A program made the translations under genes and the position numbers. Shown in pieces: positions 19,393 through 28,831 of a DNA stretch of 64,000 nucleotides (positions are counted from its first letter, which is position 1; each line of letters starts with the position of its first letter). The stretch spans positions 36,754-100,753 of the forward strand of contig JASFEO010000002.1 of the NCBI GenBank assembly GCA_050124795.1. Direction: 5' to 3'. A model generated the notes under the pieces. It ran no database searches. It was not told the origin of the DNA and worked only from the letters and a program-made list of their open reading frames with translations. This stretch comes from Candidatus Pacearchaeota archaeon. Its GTDB lineage: Archaea > Nanobdellota > Nanobdellia > Pacearchaeales > GW2011-AR1.

Positions 19393-20039
19393 TTTTGCGC
19401 ATATGCTTGAATAAATGCTTCAAGCATTAATTTTTCAGTTGCCTTTAATATCTCGCAATCTGCAACATTTAAATCATATGAATTATCATTTTTTTGGACA
19501 ATGCTTGTTTCATTTGCTTCTTTAATATTAAGAAACATGTAATTACTCTGGGGAATATAAACTTTTATTTCACTTTCATTTTTTGCAATTAAATTAACTC
19601 TTAAAACTTCAAGTTTCTGCAAATTTCCAATCGCGATTACCCAATCCCCGTCGCAAAAAAGATTTTCAGTATTAACCCCTACAACCATGTTGGGCCTGAA
19701 AATAATTTCTCCTTTAATAGGAATGTCATCTAAATCTCTTGGGTCATTTCTCAAATAAATATTATAATCTGCATCAACTATTTTCCCCGTTATTCCATCT
19801 CCGTATGAGACAGGTATGCTTACTCTATAAGGCGCGATCTCGTCGACAATTGTAAATCCAACACCCTTGTATTCAAAATTTTTCATTGAATTAGCAAATA
19901 AATATGCAAACAGAACTATAACAACAATCATCCCGAGAACAATAAAAATATTCCTTAATAATTTATTTTGCTTTTCAATTTCCTTTTTAATATTCACTTC
20001 AAGTTTTTCATGCTCTTTTTTATTAATCTTTTTTTCCAT
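19389..20039 (-). CDS. Hypothetical membrane-anchored protein
   Basis: N-terminal TM, FEYKGVGF motif shared with neighbour. Confidence 0.7.
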   Translation of the reverse strand: MEKKINKKEHEKLEVNIKKEIEKQNKLLRNIFIVLGMIVVIVLFAYLFANSMKNFEYKGVGFTIVDEIAPYRVSIPVSYGDGITGKIVDADYNIYLRNDPRDLDDIPIKGEIIFRPNMVVGVNTENLFCDGDWVIAIGNLQKLEVLRVNLIAKNESEIKVYIPQSNYMFLNIKEANETSIVQKNDNSYDLNVADCEILKATEKLMLEAFIQAYAQN

Positions 20040-20078
20040 ATTTAATCTTCTATTATGAACTTTTTAAATTTTATTGTG

Positions 20079-20654
20079 CTAATCTATATTCATTATTTTA
20101 AATAAAAATTCATCTGCAATCTGCGTGAGATTTCCTTCAGGCCCCTCAATAAAAACACAATTATCCTCCTGAGTTATTTTTACTTCCTCGGCTTTTTTAA
20201 TTATTATAAAATTATCTTCACAGGTTTTTATTGGCGAATTTTCATCACAATCTTCTTCTAAACAAGCTGATTGCGTCCTCTGCACAATCCTTGTATTATA
20301 AAATAAATTCCTATAAATTTCAGAACTTGCAAATCCATCCTCAGAATAAATATAAAGCGGCTTGCCTGAATAACTATTTAATAAATTTATCTCTCCTGAA
20401 ATTCTTTCAACTTCCCCTGGATTATAAGAAAAATAAAAATTATAATTTCCAAGTTCAAGAAACCAATATCCATTTTGGTTAATAAATTCAAAACCATTGT
20501 AAGTAACTTTCTCTGATGAACTCTCTGTTTTGCTCCCTCCGCTGAATGCATAACCCGCAACACTAATAAACATTACAATAACTAAAATCACTCCGAGAAT
20601 TATCTGATTTCTTCTGTCATTGTTTTTCTTTTTTTCTAAAATACTTCGTCTCAT
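20079..20654 (-). CDS. Hypothetical membrane-anchored protein
   Basis: N-terminal TM, TYNGFEF motif, Cys cluster. Confidence 0.7.
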   Translation of the reverse strand: MRRSILEKKKNNDRRNQIILGVILVIVMFISVAGYAFSGGSKTESSSEKVTYNGFEFINQNGYWFLELGNYNFYFSYNPGEVERISGEINLLNSYSGKPLYIYSEDGFASSEIYRNLFYNTRIVQRTQSACLEEDCDENSPIKTCEDNFIIIKKAEEVKITQEDNCVFIEGPEGNLTQIADEFLFKIMNID

Positions 20655-20689
20655 AATTTATTTATTTTTTTAGAATATAAAAACTTTAC

Positions 20690-21472
20690 TTAATCATAAA
20701 AAGGATGTCTTAAATTTCCTTTATTATCTTTTTTTAACTTCCCAAGTACTAAATGTTCGCATTTGATGCTCGTGTCGCAATAAATTTTAAATCCCTTTTT
20801 TCTTGCTTCTTCACAAAAATAAATATCATCTGTGCTTTTTATTCCCGGAATTTCCAAGAGTCCATATTTAATTTTTTCAAAAACCCCTCGTTTAATTAAC
20901 ATGCACCCTGCAGAAGGGATTTTAACTTCTATGACTTTTTCGCTTTCTTCCTCTTCTCGGGTAAGATGGCGCCTTAAGTCTTCATGTGATTTTACAATTG
21001 AAGGGAGTTTAATTTTTTTTGATATGCTTTCAAAATCATCGGGGGTTATGCTTCTCCATGCAACAGGTCTTAGTTTTTGTTTGCAGTCAATAATAAAATA
21101 ATTATAATACAGCCCGCTTATTATATCTTTATCATAACTTAATAACTTTTTAAGAATATCTTTTGGCGGAATAACATCTGCATCCATCATTAAAATATAA
21201 TCATAATTATTTTTTATCCCATATTCCAAAATTTTATTCCTGCTGCTAACCACTCTAAAACTATTTTTCTTTTCAGGAGTGTTATCTTTGATTAAGGTAA
21301 TCCCTTTAATCTCTTTTAATTTATAAAAAAATTCATTTTTTACTGAATTGTCTATTAGCAATATTTCATAATCTTCGTAATCAAATTCCTTTATTCTTTT
21401 TAGAAATTTTTCAATGCAATAATCCATTCTGTCATATACAGGACAACCAACCAGAATTTTCTGAGTTTTCAT
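20690..21472 (-). CDS. Glycosyltransferase family 2
   Basis: ILVGCPVY, LLIDNS, MMDAD, AGCMLIKR, DDIYFC. Confidence 0.85.
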   Translation of the reverse strand: MKTQKILVGCPVYDRMDYCIEKFLKRIKEFDYEDYEILLIDNSVKNEFFYKLKEIKGITLIKDNTPEKKNSFRVVSSRNKILEYGIKNNYDYILMMDADVIPPKDILKKLLSYDKDIISGLYYNYFIIDCKQKLRPVAWRSITPDDFESISKKIKLPSIVKSHEDLRRHLTREEEESEKVIEVKIPSAGCMLIKRGVFEKIKYGLLEIPGIKSTDDIYFCEEARKKGFKIYCDTSIKCEHLVLGKLKKDNKGNLRHPFYD

Positions 21473-21568
21473 TATCTCCTGAAAATAATATTTGTTTATA
21501 TATTTTTTCTAGGGTTCTTACCAGAACTTAAAAAAATAAAAGAAAAAGAAAAAATAAAATTAATGAAT

Positions 21569-23932
21569 TTATGCAGTTGTAGTAACAAGAGTTGCACTTG
21601 TAGATGAAGTTCCCTTGTATTCTTTGCCTGTATCTACTGTTTGGGTAGTCAAGTATTTAGCAGCATTAACTGTATCTGCAGCTTCATAACCAGCAACAAC
21701 TAAAGCAATCTTGCCAGTAGAGTATGCTCCACTAACACCTTTAATCAGGAATTGTCCTGATCCTACTCCAGTTGCAGTTGTAAAGGCACTTCCACAAGTT
21801 CCTTGTGAAACACCCAATGCAGTCGCAGCAGCCGAATTAATGCAACTTCCACCAACAATAACTAAGTTCTTTGAACTTACACTGCTGACTTCAGTATCCT
21901 TAACAAGAACTTCTCCAAGTTGTGTGCCTGAACTAGTTGATCCACTTGAACCAGCAGTAACAGTTGTACTAGGAGCAGTTACATAAACTTCCCCAAATGC
22001 TTCGTCGCCATGGTATGTAATCTGGAATTCATATTGGTCTCCGGATTTATCCCATAATAGTTCTGAGGCAAGAGCAGTATACTTGAAACTTCTCCATACT
22101 TTTGTACTTAGAATTTCATCAAAAGTAACTGATTCGTTTCCTACATCACTTACATAAGCTTCTTTTGTAGAAGCAGAGTTCCAACCAAGTTGAGCAGTAA
22201 TGTTCCCACCATCTCCGATATTACCATTCTTGTCTTCTTCACAGAAGATAAGATCATAAGTTGGTATATTATGCAAGGGTGTTGCTGTAAGATTCAAATA
22301 ACCTGAACCTGCAGTAGCACTATCATAAGGTAGGAAAACTTCTAATCCTTCTTTTGAATAAAGAGTGTGGAAGTTTACACTTGTTCCACCTGTAATAGAA
22401 ACTGTTTTTTGAGTTTTTTCAACTGTTCCAAGTGTTAGTTCTACATTTCCTATTGAAGCGACATCATCAGGTTTTCCTTCTACCTTTACATCACTCCAAG
22501 AACCATCTTTTCTGTATTGGATTGTAGTTTTATTCACACTATTTTCTGTTTTGAAATTAGTTGCTCTCATTAAATAAGATTCTGCATTTGTTCCATCATT
22601 AAATGATGCTACAAAATAGTCATCTGTATCTCCATCAAAAACAATAACATTTGACATGTTTGTTCTTAATTTATGAGTTGCATCTTTACCAATACCAGTC
22701 CAGTTCAAACTATCTCCATATAAAATAGCAATATCTTCAGTACTATCTTTTAATGGAAAGTCCTCTAAGGTCATGTAAGTAGTTCCGCCATGTTTAACAG
22801 TAACCACTTCTTCAGTAGGATAAAGCATACCTGTAGTAGTTAATTTAACTGCTTCAAAACCAGGCATTAAAACTTCACTATCTGGAGTCACGAATAAATC
22901 ATCTTCTGCCTTCCATTCAATTACAATCGAACTAATTGTTGCAGGGTCTGCAGCGGTTGTAGTAATGAATGTTTTCATGTCAGAAATAGATTCATCATTT
23001 ATCTCTATATCTGTATCATGTTTAAGGACTAATTTACCAGTTCCCACACTGAATTCAACAGTCTTTGTTCCTCCAGCGTAATCCTGAACATTAATTTCTT
23101 TAATTCCAACATAATCTCCGCCACTTAACTTCTGAGTTTCTGCAGCAGCTAAACTATTTGTTATTTCTCCGTCAACATTTAATTTAACTGAACTACTTCC
23201 AATAAAAGAGATAGAAACTTCGTGACCATTTACCGTAGCTGTTTCACCTTCTGATAAAGTAGTTGTTTGGGCAGAGTCAAGCAGGTTTATTGTAGTATTA
23301 GCTGTTGAACTTAATACGAAATATTCTTTTCCCATTAATTCAATAGTTGTTGTATCAATATCATCCCATTCTGGCTCATCAGTAAAGTCAACTGTATAGT
23401 TTAATACATGAGCCGCGCTTGCGATTCTAATCCCGACTGTTGGTTCATCTGACTTATAATCATTGTCTTCAAACATTGCTAAAGTTAGATTAGCCATATC
23501 AATTTTCTGAGTATAGTCTTGTTCATCATTATCGCTATCAACATATTTTCCATCTGCTAAAAGAACTGGAAGTCCGCTTCCAGGACTATCATCTGTAATT
23601 GCAGTTGCAACAATATCAGTTACTCCTTTACCTAATTGGAACTTTGTTGAAGATTTTTCTATCTTAACACTATCTCCTCCGCTTGTAGTTGATGTAGATG
23701 CACTGGTTCCGCCACCTAAGTAAGACTGCAAATTTGTCTGAATGTTTCCTGCCTGGATTACATCAAGTGAAGAAACTCCTGAGCCAGTTCCATAAACAAT
23801 AGCTACATTAGCGCTTCCTCCTGACACAAATGGTGCGGGATAACTTGCAGCAGCAGCAAACCCAATAGTCGAAACAGCCATTAAACCACAACTTAAAACC
23901 GAAGTTATTTTTCTAAAGTTTAATTTTCTCAT
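21569..23932 (-). CDS. S-layer protein
   Basis: Signal peptide + YPAPFV..AIVYG N-terminus; C-terminal NLVIVGGSCINS...VVAGYEAADT; SD GAAAGGAGG upstream. Confidence 0.88.
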   Translation of the reverse strand: MRKLNFRKITSVLSCGLMAVSTIGFAAAASYPAPFVSGGSANVAIVYGTGSGVSSLDVIQAGNIQTNLQSYLGGGTSASTSTTSGGDSVKIEKSSTKFQLGKGVTDIVATAITDDSPGSGLPVLLADGKYVDSDNDEQDYTQKIDMANLTLAMFEDNDYKSDEPTVGIRIASAAHVLNYTVDFTDEPEWDDIDTTTIELMGKEYFVLSSTANTTINLLDSAQTTTLSEGETATVNGHEVSISFIGSSSVKLNVDGEITNSLAAAETQKLSGGDYVGIKEINVQDYAGGTKTVEFSVGTGKLVLKHDTDIEINDESISDMKTFITTTAADPATISSIVIEWKAEDDLFVTPDSEVLMPGFEAVKLTTTGMLYPTEEVVTVKHGGTTYMTLEDFPLKDSTEDIAILYGDSLNWTGIGKDATHKLRTNMSNVIVFDGDTDDYFVASFNDGTNAESYLMRATNFKTENSVNKTTIQYRKDGSWSDVKVEGKPDDVASIGNVELTLGTVEKTQKTVSITGGTSVNFHTLYSKEGLEVFLPYDSATAGSGYLNLTATPLHNIPTYDLIFCEEDKNGNIGDGGNITAQLGWNSASTKEAYVSDVGNESVTFDEILSTKVWRSFKYTALASELLWDKSGDQYEFQITYHGDEAFGEVYVTAPSTTVTAGSSGSTSSGTQLGEVLVKDTEVSSVSSKNLVIVGGSCINSAAATALGVSQGTCGSAFTTATGVGSGQFLIKGVSGAYSTGKIALVVAGYEAADTVNAAKYLTTQTVDTGKEYKGTSSTSATLVTTTA

Positions 23933-23934
23933 TT

Positions 23935-24205
23935 TTTAACCTCCTTTCAACTCTATTCAATTTGTGTTGTCTATGACAACAACCCCAACCAAATAGTCAT
24001 AGGGTAAACCATTTTTCGTTGAGTGAATTTAATTACTGAAAAATTTTTCATTTTCAGTTTTACTGTTCATTGTTTCCAATGAAATTCCCTATAGAACACC
24101 TTTAAGGTGTATTAGAAAAAACCTAATTTTCTTTAAAAACCTTATTCTCTTCTTTTTCGGTTTAGGTTAGATATATACTCAAAATACTGGTTTTACTTAT
24201 AAATG
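23935..24205 (-). promoter_or_regulatory. Long structured 5' leader and promoter of S-layer gene
   Basis: TTTATAAG box near 24197-204; hairpins 23965-81, 24035-58, 24066-83, 24096-110; SD near 23939-47. Confidence 0.55.
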
Positions 24206-24383
24206 CTTCGTTATCACTTAATTATTAATACACTATTCTATTTTTCTATGTTTCCGGCGAAAACAAAAGATTTATTAATATATAGTTATTAAGTTTAATA
24301 TATATTAAAGATTAACATATAACTATAAAATATATACTTAAGATCTATAATTTAAAATAATAGATATATGAAATTTAATCAAA

Positions 24384-24737
24384 ATGGCAAAATCAAAAAC
24401 ACGGGAAATTACAATTAATACGTCGAGAGGAGGATTTTCTCTTTTTAAAAAATCTTCATCTTCAAAAAAAGATTATGATTTTTCAGGAGTCCTTGCATTA
24501 AGGCAGCTTTTGAGCAATGAAAAAGCAAGAATTTTGCATACAATAAAAACTCAAAAACCAATATCAATTTATGGCTTGGCAAAAAAATTAAACAGAGGAT
24601 TTAAATCAGTAAATGATGATATAAAACTCCTTAAAAGATTTGGATTTATTGAACTTGTTGAAGAAAAAACTAAAAAAAGAATTAGACACAGACCAGAGAT
24701 AATCGTAGACACAATGACAATTCATTTTAAAATCTAG
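24384..24737 (+). CDS. HTH transcriptional regulator (HVO_A0114-like)
   Basis: LLSNEKARILHTIK..PISIYGLAKKLNRGFKSVNDDIKLL..GFIEL. Confidence 0.8.
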   Translation: MAKSKTREITINTSRGGFSLFKKSSSSKKDYDFSGVLALRQLLSNEKARILHTIKTQKPISIYGLAKKLNRGFKSVNDDIKLLKRFGFIELVEEKTKKRIRHRPEIIVDTMTIHFKI

Positions 24738-24796
24738 TCTGTCTAAAATTGATCTTCCGAAGGAATTTCGCAATGACAATTCATTTTAAAATTTAA
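24712..24796 (+). repeat. 22-bp duplication of regulator 3' end around a 37-bp insert
   Basis: CAATGACAATTCATTTTAAAAT at 24712-33 and 24771-92; TTCC-GAA-GGAA hairpin 24755-65. Confidence 0.85.
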
Positions 24797-25317
24797 TAAT
24801 AAACATTAAAAATAATTTCAATATCCTCTTTTCCTAATTCCTGCAAGGAACTTTTATAATTATTTGTCGCATTCCCTTCACCAAATTCAAGCAAAATATC
24901 TCCTCTTGAAGAAATCTTTAAATTATACCCCTTTATCGGACTATCTTCATAGACTTGCCAGGAATTTTCTATAATATTTTCCAAATCATCTTTCAAAATA
25001 TCACATGTTTTTTGTTCATCAAGGCATTTCTCTTTTCTTTCACAGGCAATAATCAGTTTTTCAATTGAATAATACTGCGGCTCATAACTATCTGCGCAAT
25101 CTGTTGTATATTGCAAAAATGATTGAATAAAGCTCTCAATTTCATAACTCTCAACATTTTCAAACTCTGGGTTCTTTAAAGAATACCCCAAAAATACTAA
25201 TAACACAACCGCAACAATTATAATAATCAGCGCAAAACCAATCATCTCTTCCTGCCCGGTTTTATTCTTTAACCAATTTCCAAAATTTCTCAATATTTTT
25301 TTAGATTTTTTTAGCAT
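24793..25317 (-). CDS. Class III signal-peptide (pilin-like) protein
   Basis: NKTG/QEEMIGFALIIIIVAVVLL. Confidence 0.75.
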   Translation of the reverse strand: MLKKSKKILRNFGNWLKNKTGQEEMIGFALIIIIVAVVLLVFLGYSLKNPEFENVESYEIESFIQSFLQYTTDCADSYEPQYYSIEKLIIACERKEKCLDEQKTCDILKDDLENIIENSWQVYEDSPIKGYNLKISSRGDILLEFGEGNATNNYKSSLQELGKEDIEIIFNVYY

Positions 25318-25841
25318 TCTTCTCCATAATTATATTTTATCATAATTTTTCCCACCTCGCATTTATCATAACTTCTTCCTTCATAAGTTTCCTTTCTGCA
25401 CAAAGACACAAAATTTGAAACATAAACCCCTTCGCCTTCATCTTCACTTACCTTGATTACATTACAATCAGGATAATTTCCTCTGTCACACTCCCTGTCC
25501 TTGTCTTCAGGATAAATTTTTCTTATTTCAATATTTGTTACATCCCAAAATCCTTTATATTCTTTCATGCTATCTTTCAAAATCAGGACTTTATCTGTGT
25601 CGATACAGTTCACCCTTGTGCCGCCAAATGCCTCTCCGCATGAAAACTCAGGAGAATTCGCAAGTTTTGTTGCAAGAAGCACAGCATTTTTCTCGCAAAG
25701 TTCTGTAGCAGATTTTTTTATTCCTGAAAACGAAATCACCAAAAGAAACATCCCCACAAGAACAAAAAACAAGGTCACAGCTATCAACATAAAAGTCATT
25801 TGTTGTATTTTCATTTGCCCCCTCTTTTTTTCTTTTTTCAT
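25311..25841 (-). CDS. Class III signal-peptide (pilin-like) protein
   Basis: KKRG/QMKIQQMTFMLIAVTLFF; start placed at MKKEKKRGQ. Confidence 0.75.
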   Translation of the reverse strand: MKKEKKRGQMKIQQMTFMLIAVTLFFVLVGMFLLVISFSGIKKSATELCEKNAVLLATKLANSPEFSCGEAFGGTRVNCIDTDKVLILKDSMKEYKGFWDVTNIEIRKIYPEDKDRECDRGNYPDCNVIKVSEDEGEGVYVSNFVSLCRKETYEGRSYDKCEVGKIMIKYNYGEEC

Positions 25842-25842
25842 T

Positions 25843-26769
25843 TTACCATAATTTGCAGCTTGCAAGATTATTTTCTCGTCCAACCTCTTCAGAAATCATG
25901 CTAATAACCTTAAGCTCCTTTGAACTCTCAAGACCCTCGGCAATTGTTGCAAGACTTAATAAATTTAAATTAGAATCACAATCCTTTTTTAAAACGAATT
26001 TAGACTTGCCCCCATATAAATTTGCAAGACTATTCAATCTTTTCATAAGCCTTTTTATCTGGCACTCATAAACCTCTTCTTCTGAAAATATCGCAGCATA
26101 CATTAATGCGCCCCCGTAAAAATCAATTGTTCCATTATTTTTAAAAACCTGTTTTGTTGCAAGATTAACCTTTATGTCGCAGCTTCCTGAAAAACAAACC
26201 TTTATTGCATTTTTCGAACAATTCCCAACAAGCAAATTTGGCTGATTAAGAAATAAAAGTTCTTCCTCAATTTCCCCAGGCGAATTTAAAAAACAATACT
26301 CCTCCTCTGAAGAAGTGATAATAATTAAATCACTTACCTTAAATGGCATGAAAAATGGTTTTGAAAACACATAAAATTTCTCCCCTTCTGTATACCCCTC
26401 TGAAAAAATATATTTATTTGAAAAACCAGGATTAATATTTGTTTCACTCCACTGATTAAAATTCTTTTGTGAAACTTTTATTATTTGCCTTCCAAATTCT
26501 CCGTTCGTGTTGCACAAATTATAAATTCTTGTCTCCGTAGGAAAACTCAGTGAATTTGTCTTGCCGGATTCAAAACCAGTCTCAAGAGGATTTAATAAAA
26601 CTCCAATCTCCTTTCCTGTCTTAGCATCCTGAATTGTCTGCTCTGTTTTAATTAACTTTGTTGAAAGAAAAATAGCTAGGAACAAAATAACTGCTCCGAC
26701 TAAAAGCGCAAAAAGCCATGCAAAAGAAATCTGCAAATAACCCCTTTTATTTCTAATCCTCTTTTTCAT
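25843..26769 (-). CDS. Class III signal-peptide (pilin-like) protein
   Basis: NKRG/YLQISFAWLFALLVGAVIL. Confidence 0.75.
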   Translation of the reverse strand: MKKRIRNKRGYLQISFAWLFALLVGAVILFLAIFLSTKLIKTEQTIQDAKTGKEIGVLLNPLETGFESGKTNSLSFPTETRIYNLCNTNGEFGRQIIKVSQKNFNQWSETNINPGFSNKYIFSEGYTEGEKFYVFSKPFFMPFKVSDLIIITSSEEEYCFLNSPGEIEEELLFLNQPNLLVGNCSKNAIKVCFSGSCDIKVNLATKQVFKNNGTIDFYGGALMYAAIFSEEEVYECQIKRLMKRLNSLANLYGGKSKFVLKKDCDSNLNLLSLATIAEGLESSKELKVISMISEEVGRENNLASCKLW

Positions 26770-26823
26770 GTAATAATTAAATAAAAAAACTTTAAGAATG
26801 TTTTTATGGTTTGTTTTAAATTT

Positions 26824-27321
26824 TTATCTCTCAATAATAACTCCTTCCTCGCCATAATCTCTTTTTATTGTTAATATAACTTTCCCGTCAATATTCTCAA
26901 TACAATAAGGATTTTCCTTCCTTGTGATGTTTTCTATATTAATATGTTTTATTTCAACTGCATTAAGACCTTGCGCAGAACCAATCGGATAAAAAATCAA
27001 ATTCTCAAATTCATAATAAACCTGCCTTAATTTTATAAACAAATCCTGATTATCTCCTCTTGAAGGCGCAGAAAAATCAATAAAACATGCAAGCTCAACT
27101 TTCCTCGGCAATTTATATCCGTCAGGATCCCTAAGAGAACCCGAGCCTCTCCAAATTTTATCAATATCATTTTCTAAATCTTCCTTAAATATCAATACCT
27201 TGCTTTGACTCTGGCTTTGAAGTAGAAGTTTAATCACGTAAAATGCAAATGTCAAAAAAACAATTATTAAAATTATTGAAAAAATCATTCCAAAAGATAA
27301 TTTCATTTGTCCTCTTTTCAT
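26824..27321 (-). CDS. Class III signal-peptide (pilin-like) protein
   Basis: MKRG/QMKLSFGMIFSIILII. Confidence 0.75.
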   Translation of the reverse strand: MKRGQMKLSFGMIFSIILIIVFLTFAFYVIKLLLQSQSQSKVLIFKEDLENDIDKIWRGSGSLRDPDGYKLPRKVELACFIDFSAPSRGDNQDLFIKLRQVYYEFENLIFYPIGSAQGLNAVEIKHINIENITRKENPYCIENIDGKVILTIKRDYGEEGVIIER

Positions 27322-27360
27322 AAATAAAATAAATAATCAGGACTTATAAATTTTAGTGAA

Positions 27361-28791
27361 TTAAAAATTTTTCTCACAAATATACTCCCCCCACGATGTT
27401 TGGTAAACGCACATATTATCTGAATCGCAAGACTCCTGTTCTTCAAAATTCCCTTGCATAGAATCTCTCATTAAATCTTCTAAATAATGCTCCATATACT
27501 CTTTATTAATTTTGCAGGTTACATCTTTTTCTATAGGTGAATCAACTCTGTGCAAAATACATTTTTCTGATTCAATACCTTTTATTTCCATAAAGGAAGT
27601 TAAAGTTATTGTCCCGTCTGTATCGGAGGACTGAACATTTCTTTCATATGAAACTTTCGCAAGCCTGCATTCAATTGCAAGATTTTTAAAACAATTAATA
27701 TCTCCTTCACAATCAACAACCTCTTCTGCATACTCGCAATCTATTTCCTTGTTTGGTTCATTATAAAATGTATCGCATGAATTTAAATCCCTGCATTCCC
27801 TTATTTTTTTTCTATTTACACAAAAACTCCAATTACCGCATGCCCAATCTTCAACACACTCTTCTTCATCTAAATCACACACTCTTTCTCTGTTTGGCTT
27901 ACTTAATATACTCCCGCAATTATTTAAATCTTCACAATTTCTTGTTTGTTTGCCTTCAACACAAGAACTCCAATTTTCACACATCCAACTCTCAGTGCAA
28001 TTAATTTCTTCATCACTAGAAGTGCAATTTCTAATCATCGCAGGTTTATCCTCGATTATCTCACAAGAATCAATAGCACTGCAATCTCTCATTTGAGTTC
28101 CGTCTATACAAGAACCCCAGTTTTCGCAAAACCATTTTCCAACACAAGTTGAATTATCTGTAAAATTAATTGGAACATTCACGGAGTTATTTACTAACCT
28201 CTCTAATTTATCCAAATTATCTGCAGTTGATGCATTCCGAATATTTTTTTCTAACTCAGGTAAATCTTCTTCTGAAAATTTCTCTCTTGCTTTTTCAATA
28301 ACACTATTTTTCCTTTCTTCAAACTTTTGTTTTTCCTCTTCATAAATTCTTCTCATATAAACCTGCGGCACACCATTATTAATTCCAGCCAACTTAACAA
28401 TAATGTCAGAAAGACCATCACTATTAATATCAACCCTTATCTCCTCTCCGATTTTTATATCCAATTCAATGGGCTCACTATGAATAACTAAACTAATTGA
28501 ATCAAGGCCGACTGAATTTATTTTTATAAAATGCTCTTCATCACCGACTGTAAACTCTGCTTGTTTGTTTTCCTTTAACTCAATTGTCGCGCCCTCCACA
28601 AAAGCAGTATCAGAAATTGTTTCATCAGATAAATTCACATAAATAAAAATAACTAATCCAAAAATCAACAATGCAGGAATAATAAACATAAGCCAGATTT
28701 TCCAATTCGAACTCTTTTCAGGATAATCAGTATATCCATACTCCTCTTTTCCACCTTCATAATCATTCATCGGATAATAAATAAAATTCAT
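27361..28791 (-). CDS. Membrane-anchored surface protein with three Cys/Trp-rich (thrombospondin-like) repeats
   Basis: N-terminal TM; repeats CxxxWxCxxWxxC...RxC...C x3. Confidence 0.75.
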   Translation of the reverse strand: MNFIYYPMNDYEGGKEEYGYTDYPEKSSNWKIWLMFIIPALLIFGLVIFIYVNLSDETISDTAFVEGATIELKENKQAEFTVGDEEHFIKINSVGLDSISLVIHSEPIELDIKIGEEIRVDINSDGLSDIIVKLAGINNGVPQVYMRRIYEEEKQKFEERKNSVIEKAREKFSEEDLPELEKNIRNASTADNLDKLERLVNNSVNVPINFTDNSTCVGKWFCENWGSCIDGTQMRDCSAIDSCEIIEDKPAMIRNCTSSDEEINCTESWMCENWSSCVEGKQTRNCEDLNNCGSILSKPNRERVCDLDEEECVEDWACGNWSFCVNRKKIRECRDLNSCDTFYNEPNKEIDCEYAEEVVDCEGDINCFKNLAIECRLAKVSYERNVQSSDTDGTITLTSFMEIKGIESEKCILHRVDSPIEKDVTCKINKEYMEHYLEDLMRDSMQGNFEEQESCDSDNMCVYQTSWGEYICEKNF

Positions 28792-28831
28792 TATAAAAAT
28801 ATTTCTATAAATTTTATTTTAGAAAATTTTC

